Source: Octopus sinensis
Lineage: Eukaryota
NCBI RefSeq assembly: GCF_006345805.1
Contig: NW_021834251.1
Span: forward strand, 1-64,000
Direction: 5' to 3'
DNA length: 64,000 nt
Notes under the pieces: generated by a model
The model's input: the letters and a program-made list of their open reading frames with translations, nothing else
Told to the model about the DNA's origin: nothing
The model's database searches: none
Translations under genes and position numbers: made by a program
Part shown: one piece after another, positions 12,189-26,897 of the stretch
Numbering within the stretch: the first letter of the stretch is position 1
Layout: every line of letters starts with the position of its first letter

Positions 12189-14189
12189 AATTATTTCTGC
12201 GAAACGCTGTGTCAATGATTAGGAAGTGGTACCATATATATAGTACGTGACGTAGAAGGAAAAAAAAACGAGCAGATTTGAAAGAGAAACGAAATAACAG
12301 AAAATGTTAAGTACGTTGAATAAGGATTTGATTAATGCACAGAAGAATACATGAAATAAATAAGGTGTGTTTTAACGTTTCGAACGAATTTTTTTCTTCA
12401 TATAGTAAGGGAGGAAAGTAAGATTAAAGATAGAAAGTTTGTGAAAAAAAATTATGGCAATCCGATACAAACTGAATCCTACGTTTTAATTGAAAATTAA
12501 ATAATTCAAAGAAAAAAATAGAAAGGAATTATGATACCTATGTATGTATGTGTGTGTACGTTTGTGTATATAGGTATTATGTAGTTGTGTTTATGTGTGT
12601 ATGTATGTATTTTCCCGAAAGAGAGAGAGAGAGAGAGAGAGTGGTGTTATGCACACTTATACGTACTTCATATAAACATAGAAATAGGTTTCTCGTTTTA
12701 TCTCACTCTACTCTTATGTTAGCATATATTCATACAAACATACATACATACATACATACAAACATAAATACATAATACTTATATGCATACATACATACAT
12801 AGATGTATACATACATTCACAAACACGTATGCATAAACACATCTTTTCAATTTATATCTGTATATATTTGTGTTTCTGCGTGTGCGTACGTATCGCTATG
12901 TGCGTGTTTAGCAAAAACGATGTATGCAGTGTGTGTTTACGCGTCTATATTTTTATAAAGAATGCACCAAAGACAAATACACTAGATGTGTGTTTTAGGT
13001 TGTTAAATTTTATACGATGATTAAAATGAGCATCATCTATGAAAAGTTAAGCGACACTGTAATTGATATATTCAGCAAAAAGAAAAACAAACAAACACTT
13101 GAAAACACACACTGACACGCACATGCACAAATACTCACACATATACACACACACACACACGATCGTGTAGTAACTTTTAACATGGCATTTCCAGAATAGG
13201 CGAAATCAACGAAGTTTCATCGGTTTACAAACTTTGGTATTTTCTATGTTAAATGTCATCGCTCAGCTCTCACAGCTAAACCCAAATGCTAATTGAACAG
13301 CCGTCAGAGGCAAACGGAGGATGCTCTCCAAATGCCAATATCGATCCTAAAATTTGCAATGTTGAATGGTGATGGTGGAAATGATGTTGGTGTTCTCACT
13401 GATATTCTTAGAGGTGATGCTGATGATGGTGATAATGGTGGCGGTGGTGGTATGGTATTTATGCGTGTATGTGTGTGACAGTCTCTATGTGAGTGTGCTT
13501 GATGGTAAGGGGGAATAAAGTAAAGGTATATTATATCCCCTAGAAAAAAAAACACACCCCATCAAAATGAAGCACAGCGAAAACTTTAGTAATAAAAACA
13601 CTACACACACACATACATACATACATGCATGCATACATACAAACGCGCACACACACAAACACACATATACATATAGATATGTACGTACGTATGTGTGTAT
13701 ATGTGTTTGTGTGCATGTGAATGTGTGTGTATGTGTGTAGGTGGTGTATGTATATGTATATGCATATGCATGTGTATATGTATAGATATATATGTATAAC
13801 TACATTTATATACATATACACACACACACATATATATATACATATATAAGATATACGTACATATATATATATATATGTGCATACATACATACATGCTCAC
13901 GTACATACATATACCCATACATACATACACATATACATACATACATATACACATACATACATACATACATTTACACATACATACATACACACATATACAC
14001 ATACATATATATACAAATACATACATATATACACATACATACATATACACATACACACATACATATAATGAACCATTGTATTCAAGGAATATTTTAAAAC
14101 AGTGATTTGTTAAAATTAAAATGTTAATTCAAATCAAATACTACTATCATTAACAGTATAAGTATTACCATTACCAATTATTTCTTTAG

Positions 14190-14972
<783 letters not shown>

Positions 14973-15496
14973 GACTTTATCACTGTCAATGTCTTTTGTA
15001 TTTAAAAATTGTTCTATGGATATTCATTGCCAATTATTGATGTTATTGTTCTTGTTGTTATGGCTGTTTGTTGTTTCTGTCGTTGTCTCATCGCTTTAAC
15101 TTACACGTAGGCTGGCATTTCTTATACTTATTGTTTGTGTTGCTCGGAGCGGTATCAGCAGCCAGGTTAATACTTAGAATAACAATAACAACAACATCAA
15201 CAACAATAAGAACAACAAGAATATGGATAATAATATAAATAATGATAATAAAAAAATAATAGTTTTATTTGGAATATTAATAAAAATAATGTTATTATTG
15301 ATATTCTTCTTGTCATCAACGTTATTGTTATTGTTGTTGTTCGTGTTGTTCTTATCGTATTATTATCGTAATTTATTGCTATTTTTCTTATTAATATTAC
15401 TTGTTTTAGATACATTATTGATTAGAATTTTATGATTATTATTGTCATCCCCGTCACCACCCTGATACACCACATCATCAACATTGTTCTTGTTGC

Positions 15497-15518
15497 TGTT
15501 GTTATAATAATAATAATA

Positions 15519-15578
<60 letters not shown>

Positions 15579-15629
15579 TGATGATGATAGTAACGACAAT
15601 AATAAAAATAATAAGAAGAACAAGAATTA

Positions 15630-15690
<61 letters not shown>

Positions 15691-15704
15691 TCTTCTTCTT
15701 CTTC

Positions 15705-15738
<34 letters not shown>

Positions 15739-15752
15739 CATTATTATTATTA
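15497..15752. repeat. (AAT)n/(ATT)n tracts
   Basis: Directly visible. Confidence 0.95.
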
Positions 15753-16277
15753 TTTCAAAGGCGAATACGGACCAGACGCGTGAGTTTCCGTTTTGCTGAG
15801 AAGGCTAGAAAAAGAAACTTATTTATTTGATGTAGTATTAGATGTTGCTTGCCGGTAAGTTTGCGAAAGTCAGCAAATTTTGAAATTTGCAAACATGACA
15901 GAAATATGCAGCTATAAGGCTACATATAATTTGACAGAATAATAACTTTTTGGTTCAAAAAGAACGAAAATGACAAGAAATAAATTTCAAAGTATTTACT
16001 AAAATTTTAATTTTTAACTTTTACATTATCGAAAAGTCCAGTGGAGACAAAAACCAAGTGAATTAGAATTAAAATAAAAGATGTCGATTTATGTTATTAG
16101 CGAAAACACTGAAAATATCAATAGAATTGAAGTATTAACGATGCAATAAATATTGTTAGATTAGAAAGAAATTCCTTTAAGCTGATTATGGGAATCTTAT
16201 ATTCACGAAATATATTAGATCTATTTTGTTTTTGAATTTGGCTGGCAAGATTCTTTATATGAGTTCGTGTGTTGAGC

Positions 16278-16575
16278 ATATTCTGTTGTGTCTGGGGAGA
16301 GTCATTTTCTTTTGGTGCCTTATAATGTAACACACTCACCGGTAAAATTTCCACTTTTTTCTTATTTTTATTTTCCTAAAATTTTCGTTGCGTCTTGCAA
16401 CCTTTTCAATAGTATATATCCCCTAGAAAAAAAGTCAAAACTATTGAAATGGTTGCAAGACGCAACGAAAATTTTAGGAAAATAAAAATAAGAAAAAAGT
16501 GGAAATTTTACCGGTGAGTGTGGTACAACATAAGGCACAAAAAGAAAACGACTCTCCCCAGACACAACAGAATAT
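16278..16575. mobile_element. MITE-like element: about 136-bp inverted repeats, 26-bp spacer
   Basis: 16278-16413 is the near-perfect reverse complement of 16440-16575; ends atattctgttg…caacagaatat; no coding capacity. Confidence 0.8.
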
Positions 16576-17700
16576 TAGATCTATAATTTCCTAAGAAATC
16601 TAGTAAATCTCTATGTCAGTTCTTCTCAACCAAGGTCCATATTATCCCTTTAAGTTTTTGTTGGTAGAATTTATGTGCATCAAATCGGTTATATGTTTAC
16701 AATGCACCAAATATTTTGACATATAATAGGATTATATCCTATTATATCGAATGGCTATGAGGATCCATTCGAGTAAAATAGAAATGAAAGGGGTCTATAT
16801 GTAAAAAATTAAAATGATTGAGAAGAACTGATTTTAATTGTATTTACACTTGGCTTATTAAAACCTATCATTTTAAAACGATTTCTCTATTTGGTTATTG
16901 GTATCTCCGTTTGTGTCCTTGCTGTTAGTAGTTTTTTGTAGCGGAGCGTAAACTTTTGCAAGCTTTATAGGTGAAATTTGATAGATCGAAAATTGACGAA
17001 ATTCGCATGGTTGAATGGTAATTCAAGAACCCAGTTTTTTAATTGCTTAATTTTATGGTGATGCTGAAATGGAATTATATTGGGGATGCACCGGTTTTCT
17101 TCAGAATTATCTGTCATCTACTCCACCTAATGGATTTAAGTCCTTAACGATTCGAAACACAGGTGTAACATTTTAGTAAAATAAACACGGGTAATTATGT
17201 AGATTAAACAACTGTAACTCGTTTGTCAAACAGTCGTGAAACCCATTCATAGAATCGAAAAACAAAAACCGGTTTAGAGACTCGATTCGTTGAGCAATTA
17301 TTTCCACTGTACAGTTTTACAATGAATGAAATAAAACATAAATGTGGCGTAAACATTTTCTATAATCCAAGATACAAGCTTTGACGTCTTTGGAATTTGA
17401 AAGCAATTAGCAGCTTCAGTCAAGGATAACGATTTCCCACTCCCAATAAGATATGATTTCAGCTCAGTAAATGTGTTCCACCAGTGTATTTATCTGATTA
17501 AAACTTTGCGTTGGTTAAATAAAAAAAAAAACTATCGCATACGATAGTTTTACTAAACTCGTATGAATTTTGTGTCTTTTGTTATGCTCTTCCCCTTATG
17601 TGAATTTCCAGCGAGATCTTTTTTAAAAGCACAGTGTAATAAATAAACAAATAAGAAGGGATTTTCAAACAAGCTATCATATTTATATTTTTTATTTAGG

Positions 17701-17722
17701 TAATAATAATAATAATAATAAC

Positions 17723-17754
<32 letters not shown>

Positions 17755-17824
17755 GAAGAAGAAGAAGAAGAAGAATAACAACAATAACAATAACAATAAC
17801 AATAACAATAATAACAATAATAAC

Positions 17825-17860
<36 letters not shown>

Positions 17861-17917
17861 TAATAATAATAATAATAATAATGATGATGTTGATGATGAT
17901 GATAATAATAATAATGA
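17701..17917. repeat. (AAT)n/(AAC)n/(GAA)n compound microsatellite
   Basis: Directly visible. Confidence 0.95.
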
Positions 17918-17920
17918 TAT

Positions 17921-18119
17921 TGGCAGAATCGTTAGCACGCTGGACGAAATGTTTAGCGTTATTTCGTCTGTCGCTACGTATTAGTTCAAATTTCGCCGAG
18001 GTCGACTTATCCATTTATACTTTCGGGGTCGATAAATTAAGTACCAGTCAAGTATTGGGGTCGATGTAATCGACTTACCCCTCCCCCAAAATTTCAGGCC
18101 TTGTGCCTACAGTAGAAAG
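17921..18119 (+). mobile_element. SINE family B, tail type 1 (…tagtagaaag)
   Basis: A-box-like tggcagaatcgttag, B-box-like agttcaaatttc, family body. Confidence 0.85.
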
Positions 18120-18354
18120 ACACAAAGCAAGTCCAGTCTCTTTTAGACGTAGTATATCGAGCCCCCACTGTATACCTGTCTGGTCAAAAGAGAATTAGTG
18201 CAAGGTAAAATAATGAGGAGCCAATATACATTTTATAAATTTACAATGATGTGCGATGAGTGGTACTATCTCTGATTTCCCGAAATATCACCTGCCATGC
18301 CATTCACTTTGCTGATGCTGGTTAACCTGCTAATATACTATTCCTCGTTCTTAC

Positions 18355-18484
18355 CAACCTTAAGTTCCAGAGCAAATGAAACGCCGAGCAGTGTAGCCGG
18401 TGTAACGTCTCTGTCCGCCGTTCCATGGTGCTTTTCGACAGTGTTATCATTCTTTTTAGTGCTGGGCTGCACATCCACCGACAT
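18355..18484 (-). CDS. Candidate first coding exon of an unidentified gene (MSVDVQPSTKKNDNTVEKHHGTADRDVTPATLLGVSFALELKV)
   Basis: gccATG context, in-frame TGA 15 nt upstream, G|GTAAGA donor at 18354, non-repetitive and GC-richer than the flanks. No family recognised. Confidence 0.3.
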
Positions 18485-19030
18485 GGCACTCTCGTGTCAC
18501 ACTTTGAAAGGTATACCTCGCAATTTCATTTTCGGCAGCTCTGTCATTCCTTGTGCGAAATTTGAAACAGTTCTGAGAAATGATCATTTAATTTACACAC
18601 TAATATGGTGTTACTATAGAGGCTCTGAAACGAAACACGCTCTGAAAACGGAACCGAAATCGTCTTCCTTAAAAACTCAGTCAGATAGCGATATTTGACT
18701 CAATGAAAAGTTTCAATTGAACCGATTTGTTTAACACTAAATCATGGCGTGTTATTCATCCTTCAAACTTTTTGCAATGCATTCATGAAAAAACCGAGCA
18801 TATCTGCCTTGAATTAGATAGCATGCTCTCATTATGGCCCGTCACAACATTTAGAGTGCTTTGGTAATTTCATGTCTCTGATGTCCGTCTTCATAAGGTT
18901 AGTATACTGCGATACCTCTTCTAGTTTCACGTTCATCTGCTAACCTGTTGATTAGTACTCATTATAATCACCTGCTTTTTGTCATTACTTCAGTATTATA
19001 ATCCTTCGATTTTACCCCAAAAGATTTCTC

Positions 19031-19260
19031 ATTTCTTTATTGCCCACAAGGGACTAAACATAGAGGAGACAAACAAGGACACACAAACGGATTAAGTCGA
19101 TTATATCGACCCCAGTGCGTAACTGGTACTTATTTAATCGACCCCGAAAGGATGAAAGGCAAAGTCGACCTCGGCGGAATTTGAACTCAGAACTTAACGG
19201 CGGACGAAATACCGCTAAGCATTTCGCCCGGCGTGCTAACGTTTCTGCCAGCTCACCGCC
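19031..19260 (-). mobile_element. SINE family B, full length, tail type 3 (Tx1-like)
   Basis: Very similar to 31748-31978; ends …tgtttagtcccttgtgggcaataaagaaat. Confidence 0.9.
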
Positions 19261-20680
19261 CAAAATCTATCTGCAGAGAAACCATCTGCCCGTTTATTTG
19301 CGATGATTCTCGTCGGTATTCACCCAACTCTTTTCACTACTCCAGCCTATTTAGGTTTCCCAATCAAGAGATGTGTTCATCTTCGACTGACCTAATCCTT
19401 GCTTATGTGTTCTACGTCGACTATGCAGATCGCAAATTTATATATGTATTGAGTCAACTGTAATTGAGAATGTCATGTTATCCTTTAAAGTTGATTAATG
19501 AATAATTTATTGGAGATGCGATTCGAATGACGCACTGCGATTATAGGAAGTCCATAATGACATATTCGGGAAATTTAGTCGCTAATTACCTGAGAGCAGG
19601 AACTGCATGAGCAAATTTGCCAGTGTTCTGCACCCTTTCTCTTGTCGGCGTCACTTACGTGTTCCAACGGCTTGCAAGAAACCTCTGTTAAAGATACAAA
19701 GTCTTGCGTATGTCCAAAAATCCATTCCTATCACCTTCAGAAATAACAACTTTTCTATCGTTCGCATTTCAACGTTGATATTTCATGTTCGATTTTTACA
19801 GCAGGCCGCTCTCAATTACTATTTTTCTGAGTATTTTATGAATGAAGATAGTATCGTTGGTTTTAATTGTACCATATTTATGACTGCAAGATTCTCTTCA
19901 AGAACTATGAGTCAAAACTTATGAAGCGTACTATCGGACGAATCTTCCCATTATTAAACTTGAGTATTAAACGATCTTATTAAACATTAGACTTTGAATA
20001 TATTACTAACCATCCGTAGCAATTAATACATGTTTACTGTGGCGTAACTAACGTGGTTGTCATCCGTAGCAAGAAGACGCTCCTTAAATTTTCATATATC
20101 AGCTACACCTTATCAACGGACCGCAATACACATAATCTTCCATTCACCACCCATAAAGGCCTGAAATACGGTAGAGCAGCTATAAAATTAACGAGGTCAC
20201 ATTTTATTTTTCATTTTAATGCAGTAAACCGTATTCTAATTAATATATAGTCAATTTTTATGCACAAAAATAATACTTATATTTTCCTCTCGTGGGTGGC
20301 ATCATGAACTGAATTGTATTTCTTTACACTACTCGTCATTGCTGTTAGTGTTCTTTTAACCCTGGGTGAACCTTGAATATGTCAACTTATAACAATATTA
20401 TGTGAGATATTTCTATTCTGTGTGTTTGTGGCATATGATATACACTGCCTTTTTTAAAGTTTTCTTAAGGCAGTGTCGTATAATTCGATGCCATTGTAGT
20501 TGCTATTTCTAACATACTGAGCGTCTATATAGAGGCATAAATTTCACGTATTCGCCGACGTCGGAATGAGAGAATTCCTAGGTAAATATTCAAGTTTATT
20601 CCAAGTTGAACAGGCGTAGTCTCTCTCCTGGAGTTGTTGAAATATCTAAGATAATACTAGGGATTCATCTTTATATATAA

Positions 20681-20959
20681 CTAGCAGTATCGCCCAGCGT
20701 TGCTCGGGTTTGTAAGGGAAATAACTATATAAGCATTTTAGAGAGTTACTTCCCTTATATAATATCAAAAATGCATTAAAAATGGGAAAAAGTGATGGTA
20801 ATATTTTTTTTAATCGTAGACTCATCGTAGACGCGCGCTAATATCCAGAAGGGCTCGATATGAATCCCGACTATAAGATAACCGCTTTTGGTTACATTGC
20901 ACCGCAAAATGTGGGAGTAGTTAGGAATCTAAATCGTAGGAGACATATTTTTATACAGA
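20681..20959 (-). mobile_element. Non-autonomous Helitron, copy 1
   Basis: Homologous to 24687-24985; 3' hairpin plus CTAG|T; 5' end eroded. Confidence 0.75.
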
Positions 20960-20967
20960 TATATGAA

Positions 20968-21088
20968 ACAGGCTTCTTTCAATTTCCACTTACAAATATT
21001 AGTAGAAGACGCTTGCTAAAGGTGTTACACAATGGGATTGAACCTGGAACCATGTGTTTGGGAAGCAAATTTCATACCACACAACTAG
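20968..21088 (-). mobile_element. SINE family A, 5' part, internally deleted
   Basis: ggcttctttcaatttcc…gggattgaacctggaaccatgtg…. Confidence 0.65.
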
Positions 21089-21899
21089 TAAATTAACTAT
21101 TTTTGCCATGCACATAGAGCCTCCCACTTACTTCTGCTCTCAGCCAGATCTTTAGTTCATTTTCTCCTTAAATTCCAAGTGCCATAAATCTACCGCAGGG
21201 TGTGTCGGCGTCAACGTTGTATTTTTAACTCTATATCACTCTAAATCGAGCAGATTTATAATCAAAAGTATTACAGTCGTGACTATTAACTATTTTTTTT
21301 CGAAGAATGTGTTACTTAAAATAATATTATCTTGCGTACATTTCTATTTATTTTAATATGGTATGGTGTGGTTTGGGAGCAGTGACAGGTGGTTATCTCT
21401 AGCAGGTCAAACAACCACGTAATATTTATCTGATGTCCTACATTTAAGGAGTGTTGTGTATGATTTTAAACTACATCCGATATCAAGATCTGGTCTTGGG
21501 AAACCTTAGACATTAAGGAGAATGTGTTTACCTCTTAGCTGACATTAATCTCAATTCCAGTACTTTTCTGAATCAGGACAGTGGCTTTTGAAGGGACTGC
21601 AGTAGAGCAGCTTTTGAAGGAACCTAGAAATTCATTAACTGTGGGACAATAGGCAAGCAGAAAAGATAGCTAAAAGATTTCTTTATTAGGTGACTACCAG
21701 CAAATTCACAAGAAAAATTTCACGATGCAGAAGCAAGGAATTTAGAGACACAATTTCGTGAAGGATATCGATATGTTACAGCTGTTATTAAATTGATGCT
21801 GGTGAAATAAATTTATTTACTTTTATTCCCAGAAGTAGCTACTGTTTTCAACATCTTGGTACCATGCCTGAAAATGTCTGTATTTTGTTTTACATCATT

Positions 21900-22090
21900 C
21901 TGTCATTAGACTGTGGCCATGCTGGGACACCAGTTTGAAGAATTTTAGTGGAACGAATCGACCATAGTCCTTTTTTATTTCACAAAAGCCTAGTACTTAT
22001 TCTATCTACCCTTTTGTCGAACCGCTAAGTTGCAGATACGTGAACAAACAAAAACTGTTCGTTAAGTGTTGGTCGGGGACAGACACCAAC
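21900..22090 (-). mobile_element. SINE family A, 3' part, diverged
   Basis: tgtggccatgctgg…aagcctagtacttattctat…gaaccgctaagt. Confidence 0.7.
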
Positions 22091-22140
22091 ATAAAGACGC
22101 ATATGCACACGTGCACACGCACATTCATACACACACGCGC

Positions 22141-22207
<67 letters not shown>

Positions 22208-22942
22208 CACTACCTGCTTACCTCTTATACGACAGTTGATAATGAAAGTGTAATTTTGCCACAGTGGGTAACATCACTATATACAGTTTATATAAAATAC
22301 TTATGATTTAGCTTTCATCAAACACCTTGGCGCTTATACAAAATGGTTAAGTAATTTACTAATTTTCGAAAGGATATTTTTATTACATTTCAATTCAATA
22401 AAATTAATTTCGCATTTGCTTATTTGAAATAAAATTAAAACATTTTTCTAAATTTTATTAGCATATTCCCAATCTTCGCAGTCGAAAATTTATTTCTGCA
22501 AAATTTCATTAAGATATGTGTAGTTTCCAGAAATTTATAATTAATGCACTCATCGTTCACGTCATATGTTAACTCATTCTGTATCTCTATATTACTGAAT
22601 TCCCTACACACACACACACACACACACACATACACACACACACACACTCTCTCTCTCTCTCTCTCTCTCTACCTATCTTTCTCTCTTACTGTTCAACGTA
22701 AAGCATGGCTGATGAAATCGAACAACGAACAATCTTTTATATCATTTACCATATATACGTCTTCTGTTCTTAATTATTAAATTTCTTTCTCTTGAGGAGG
22801 GTGTTGGTTTCTAACAAAGTTACAATGTTCCCTCATTGGAATGTAGATAACAAATCATTATCAAAATTTAAACTTGGAAAAATGATTTTTACTGTTCTAT
22901 TTACAATTGTTGATTTCGTATCTCTCTCTCTCTCTCTCTCAC

Positions 22943-22997
<55 letters not shown>

Positions 22998-23010
22998 ATC
23001 TCTCTCTCTC

Positions 23011-23051
<41 letters not shown>

Positions 23052-24686
23052 ATATATATATATATGTATATATGTATATATAAATAATATCAATATATAT
23101 ATATGTGTATATGTACATATATACATATATATACCTATATACATATATGTATATATATATATACATATATACATATATATATAAATATACATATATACAT
23201 ATATATAATATATATATATATATATTATATATATATGTGTGTGTGTGTGTGTCTGTGTGTGTGTGTGTATGTGCATCTGCTCATTTGGATACATATATAT
23301 ATAGATGTACAGAAGCGTACCTTTAATGTATGATAGCGCGAGATCGTGCCTGTTTCCGAATGTGTCTACGTGTATGCAAGGGTGTGTCTGTATCAGAGCG
23401 TGTGTGTTCGTATTTAATTTTTTCTTTTTTCGATTAAGGTCTACAATAATGAAGTACAAAGACGTCATATTTGAAAACCAGGTCCTCGGGTGCGCATGCA
23501 CCACATTCTATGCAAGCGTGAATTAGAAAATACGTTTGAGAAATATCAACTGTCTTAACCGGAGACAAAAAAGTACACCGACTTTAGTGCAATGGCTCAA
23601 CCGAAGGAGACGAAAGACGAATGCACAAACCCAGCTTGTTACCACTGAATAGAGCGCAGGTAACAAACACCTGCACTGTTAATTAATAATTCATTTCTTT
23701 ATAATGTTTAATATTTTATTGTCATCATCAGAATCTTTGATCCTACCCGTATGATAAGTCTTGATCTCTGTTAGAATATTTTTCAAATAAAAATAAAGAA
23801 TAATTAATTTGTAGTGCGTGACTTTATTAATTGACACATTAACAAACAGTTGGACGTTTTTTTTTTATCTTTTATGCCCCCGAAATATAACAATAGAATT
23901 AATTTGAACACAATAACGGAATAAATTTGAAGATGATTAATTGAAATCACGTATACGATTTGACTACAATGTTTATCAAATGTTAAACAAAAAATATATA
24001 CGTTAGTTGTTACCCGTTGATTTCTACCACACCCACACAGAGAAAGAATTATAGTCCTTAATTATCCTATACTCTTCTGTTACAGCCCAAACCACTTTTT
24101 GTGTTTTTAATTTACCTTGTTTCGCTTAATTAACTTGAGAACGATGTGAACCAAGTAAAGATTTCATATTTCCGTCCACAATAAATGCGATGCGATGCGT
24201 TGCAACATTTCAACATTTTATGAAATATTGTTTTGCTTCTTGTTATTAAAATCACGGACAGTTCTGATGGAGCAGAGTTATAACGAAAGGTATTCCAAGC
24301 GTGACCACTAGGATGTTTTGTTTCATGTCCTACAAGACAACAATATATAATATACAATTTGCTTCCTAAAGATAGTAGCTTGTAAGTTTCAGTAAATACT
24401 GCTATTCTTAGACGATTTCGCGATAATTTAGCTGCTACCTCAGCTTGTTTCATGAAGCGCGTTAGATGGCGTCACTTTTGAATCACTCAATTCAAAAATG
24501 TCCTTCCTCTATTGAGTAAAGATCGAAATTCATATTTCCGTTCGATACAAGGGATAAGTAAGATTTTAGATTATCGATGAAGACATAAATTACGGAATTT
24601 TCTCGTGTCGTTTAATAAATGTTTATTTACCAACTAGGTTTGAATTTGCAATTCGTTCTATGTGATAAAAACTTATCCATAAGTAA

Positions 24687-24985
24687 CTAGTAGTATCGCC
24701 CGGCGTTGCTCGGGTTTGTAAGGGAAATAACTATATAATCATTTTTAGAGAGTTACTTCCCTTATAAAATAGCGAAAAAATGCCTTAAAAATGGGAAAAA
24801 ATGATGGTAAATTATTTTTTAAATCGTAGACTCATCGTAGACGCGCGCTAATTCCGAGAAGGGCTCGATATGAATCACGACTATAAGATACCCGGTTTTG
24901 GTTAAACTGCACCGCAAAATGTGGGAGTAGTTAGGAATCTAAATCGGAGGAGACAGACACACAACTTCTCTTTTATATATAAAGA
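24687..24985 (-). mobile_element. Non-autonomous Helitron, copy 2 (299 bp)
   Basis: Minus strand starts A|TC, has a subterminal hairpin (plus-strand cccggcgttgctcggg, 24699-24714) and ends CTAG|T; no TSD. These are the canonical Helitron hallmarks. Confidence 0.82.
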
Positions 24986-25351
24986 TATACGTTTCAGTAA
25001 ATAACAAGAAATTAAACAGTGCTTTAGGGTTCTGGTTAGCTTTACGACAAAGCAAGAAAATTTCTAACTGTAGATATTTTATGGCAAATTTATGTTATAG
25101 AAACGATCCCTGATAAATGCAATTTCGCTGAAATATATTGTTTTCTAGATGAATTTTTCATATTAATTAAATGGTTCGTGTTACGTAAATGTTTCATGTT
25201 ACGTAAATAGTTCATGTTACGTGAATAGATAAAACAAATATTTGCTCCAAAAGAGGTGCAGACGTGACTGTGTGATAAGGAGTTTGCTTGACAACTACAC
25301 GCTATCAGTTCCGAGATCAGTGTCACTCCGACGCACTTCGGGTTAGTCTCT

Positions 25352-25441
25352 TCTAGTATAGCCTCGAGCCGACGAAAAGTTTGTGAGTGTATTTGGTTGA
25401 CGGAAACTGATAGAAGCCCCTCATATATACATATGTATATA

Positions 25442-25475
<34 letters not shown>

Positions 25476-25557
25476 TGTGTGTTGTTGTGTTGTGTTTGTC
25501 CACCACCACATGACAACCGGTGTTACTGTGTTTACGTCCACAGACTGAAAGAAGTAA
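25352..25557 (+). mobile_element. SINE family A, middle part
   Basis: ctagtatagcctcgagccgac…gacggaaactga…gacaaccggtgtt. Confidence 0.7.
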
Positions 25558-26624
25558 ACTTTAAAGATACGTATATGTGTGTGTATGTGTGTGTGTGTTT
25601 GTGTGTGTGTAATGCATAAACTCACATGCGTGTGAATGCATATATATACACACACATATACACACATATATATATATATGCATGCACACACTTACACACA
25701 CACACGCACACTCATACACACACATACATACATACATGCACACCCAACACGCGCACAAAATTTAGCTTCCTTTTCTTTTAGCGGTTAATCAAATAAACAA
25801 ATAAATATATGGTGACCCGAGGTCAAGTGCCGTAATCGGGGTATCTACGGCTTAGTTTAAACACATGATCTGTGTCGGATGTTTAGTGCAGTAGCTGTAT
25901 AACACGAGAGGATTGCTAACCAACAGTTCCCTACGCGATGCCCCCACCCCGGCAACATGCCAAACGGTGAAGTGACACCAGGCAAATCCATCTGAAATCT
26001 TAGATCAAGACTTGAGTGCAATGATCTATCTCAACCTCATTTCATTTTCTTTAATTTTTTTTTATTGTTTTCGTATATTGCTTTTGTTTTTTTTTTCACC
26101 CCTGACGTTAACACTTTGTCAAGCCGAAGTGACATTGGTTTTCTTGAGCTCATATTTTCTTTCTTTCTAGATATATATTTTTGTATTATTGCTATTTGCT
26201 CTTCTTGGGGATGCTGATGATTTCATTTTGTTGGTGTGTTTGTAGTGGCAGTGGTAGTAGTTGCTGGCAGTGATGGTAGTGGTGGTGGTAGAATTATTGG
26301 TGTGGGGTTGTCATGTTATTTTTTGTAAAATGATAGCTAAGCATCGCTTAACAGTTTTGAGACATGAAGGAGTGCAGCGGGGACGAAAACCGACAAGACA
26401 GGACTCAACAGGACAAGAAAGGAGGAAAGCAGGATGATACAGATAGATAAATAGGTATATATATATATATATTATATAAGTATGTGTATAAATATGTGGG
26501 AGTGCGTGTATATATATATATATAATATATATATATATATACATATTATATATATAGTGTGTGGGTGAGAGAAAGAGAGAGAGAGATTGATTGATTCCTT
26601 GATTATTTACTGATAGCTACAGGT

Positions 26625-26641
26625 AGATAGACAGATAGATG

Positions 26642-26697
<56 letters not shown>

Positions 26698-26799
26698 CAT
26701 ACATACATAGATAGATAGATAGATACATACATACATACATAGATAGATAGGTAGATAGATAGGTAAATGGATAGATAGATAGATAGATAGGTAGATGGT

Positions 26800-26859
<60 letters not shown>

Positions 26860-26897
26860 GATAGATGATAGATAGATAGATAGATGGATAGATAGAC
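26625..26897. repeat. (GATA)n microsatellite
   Basis: Directly visible. Confidence 0.95.

Noticed and set aside
15099-15175. Minus-strand exon candidate ending in GTAAGT
   Set aside because: Only an AAG acceptor embedded in microsatellite; no recognisable peptide.
17528-17551. 10-bp hairpin aaaactatcg-cata-cgatagtttt
   Set aside because: Short and partly homopolymer; expected by chance.
18297-18698. 133-aa plus-strand ORF
   Set aside because: No recognisable domain; the opposite strand has better start and splice signals.
25930-25995. Peptide RCPHPGNMPNGEV resembling the start of a sushi/CCP domain
   Set aside because: Short ORF, weak acceptor, no canonical donor, remaining cysteines absent.
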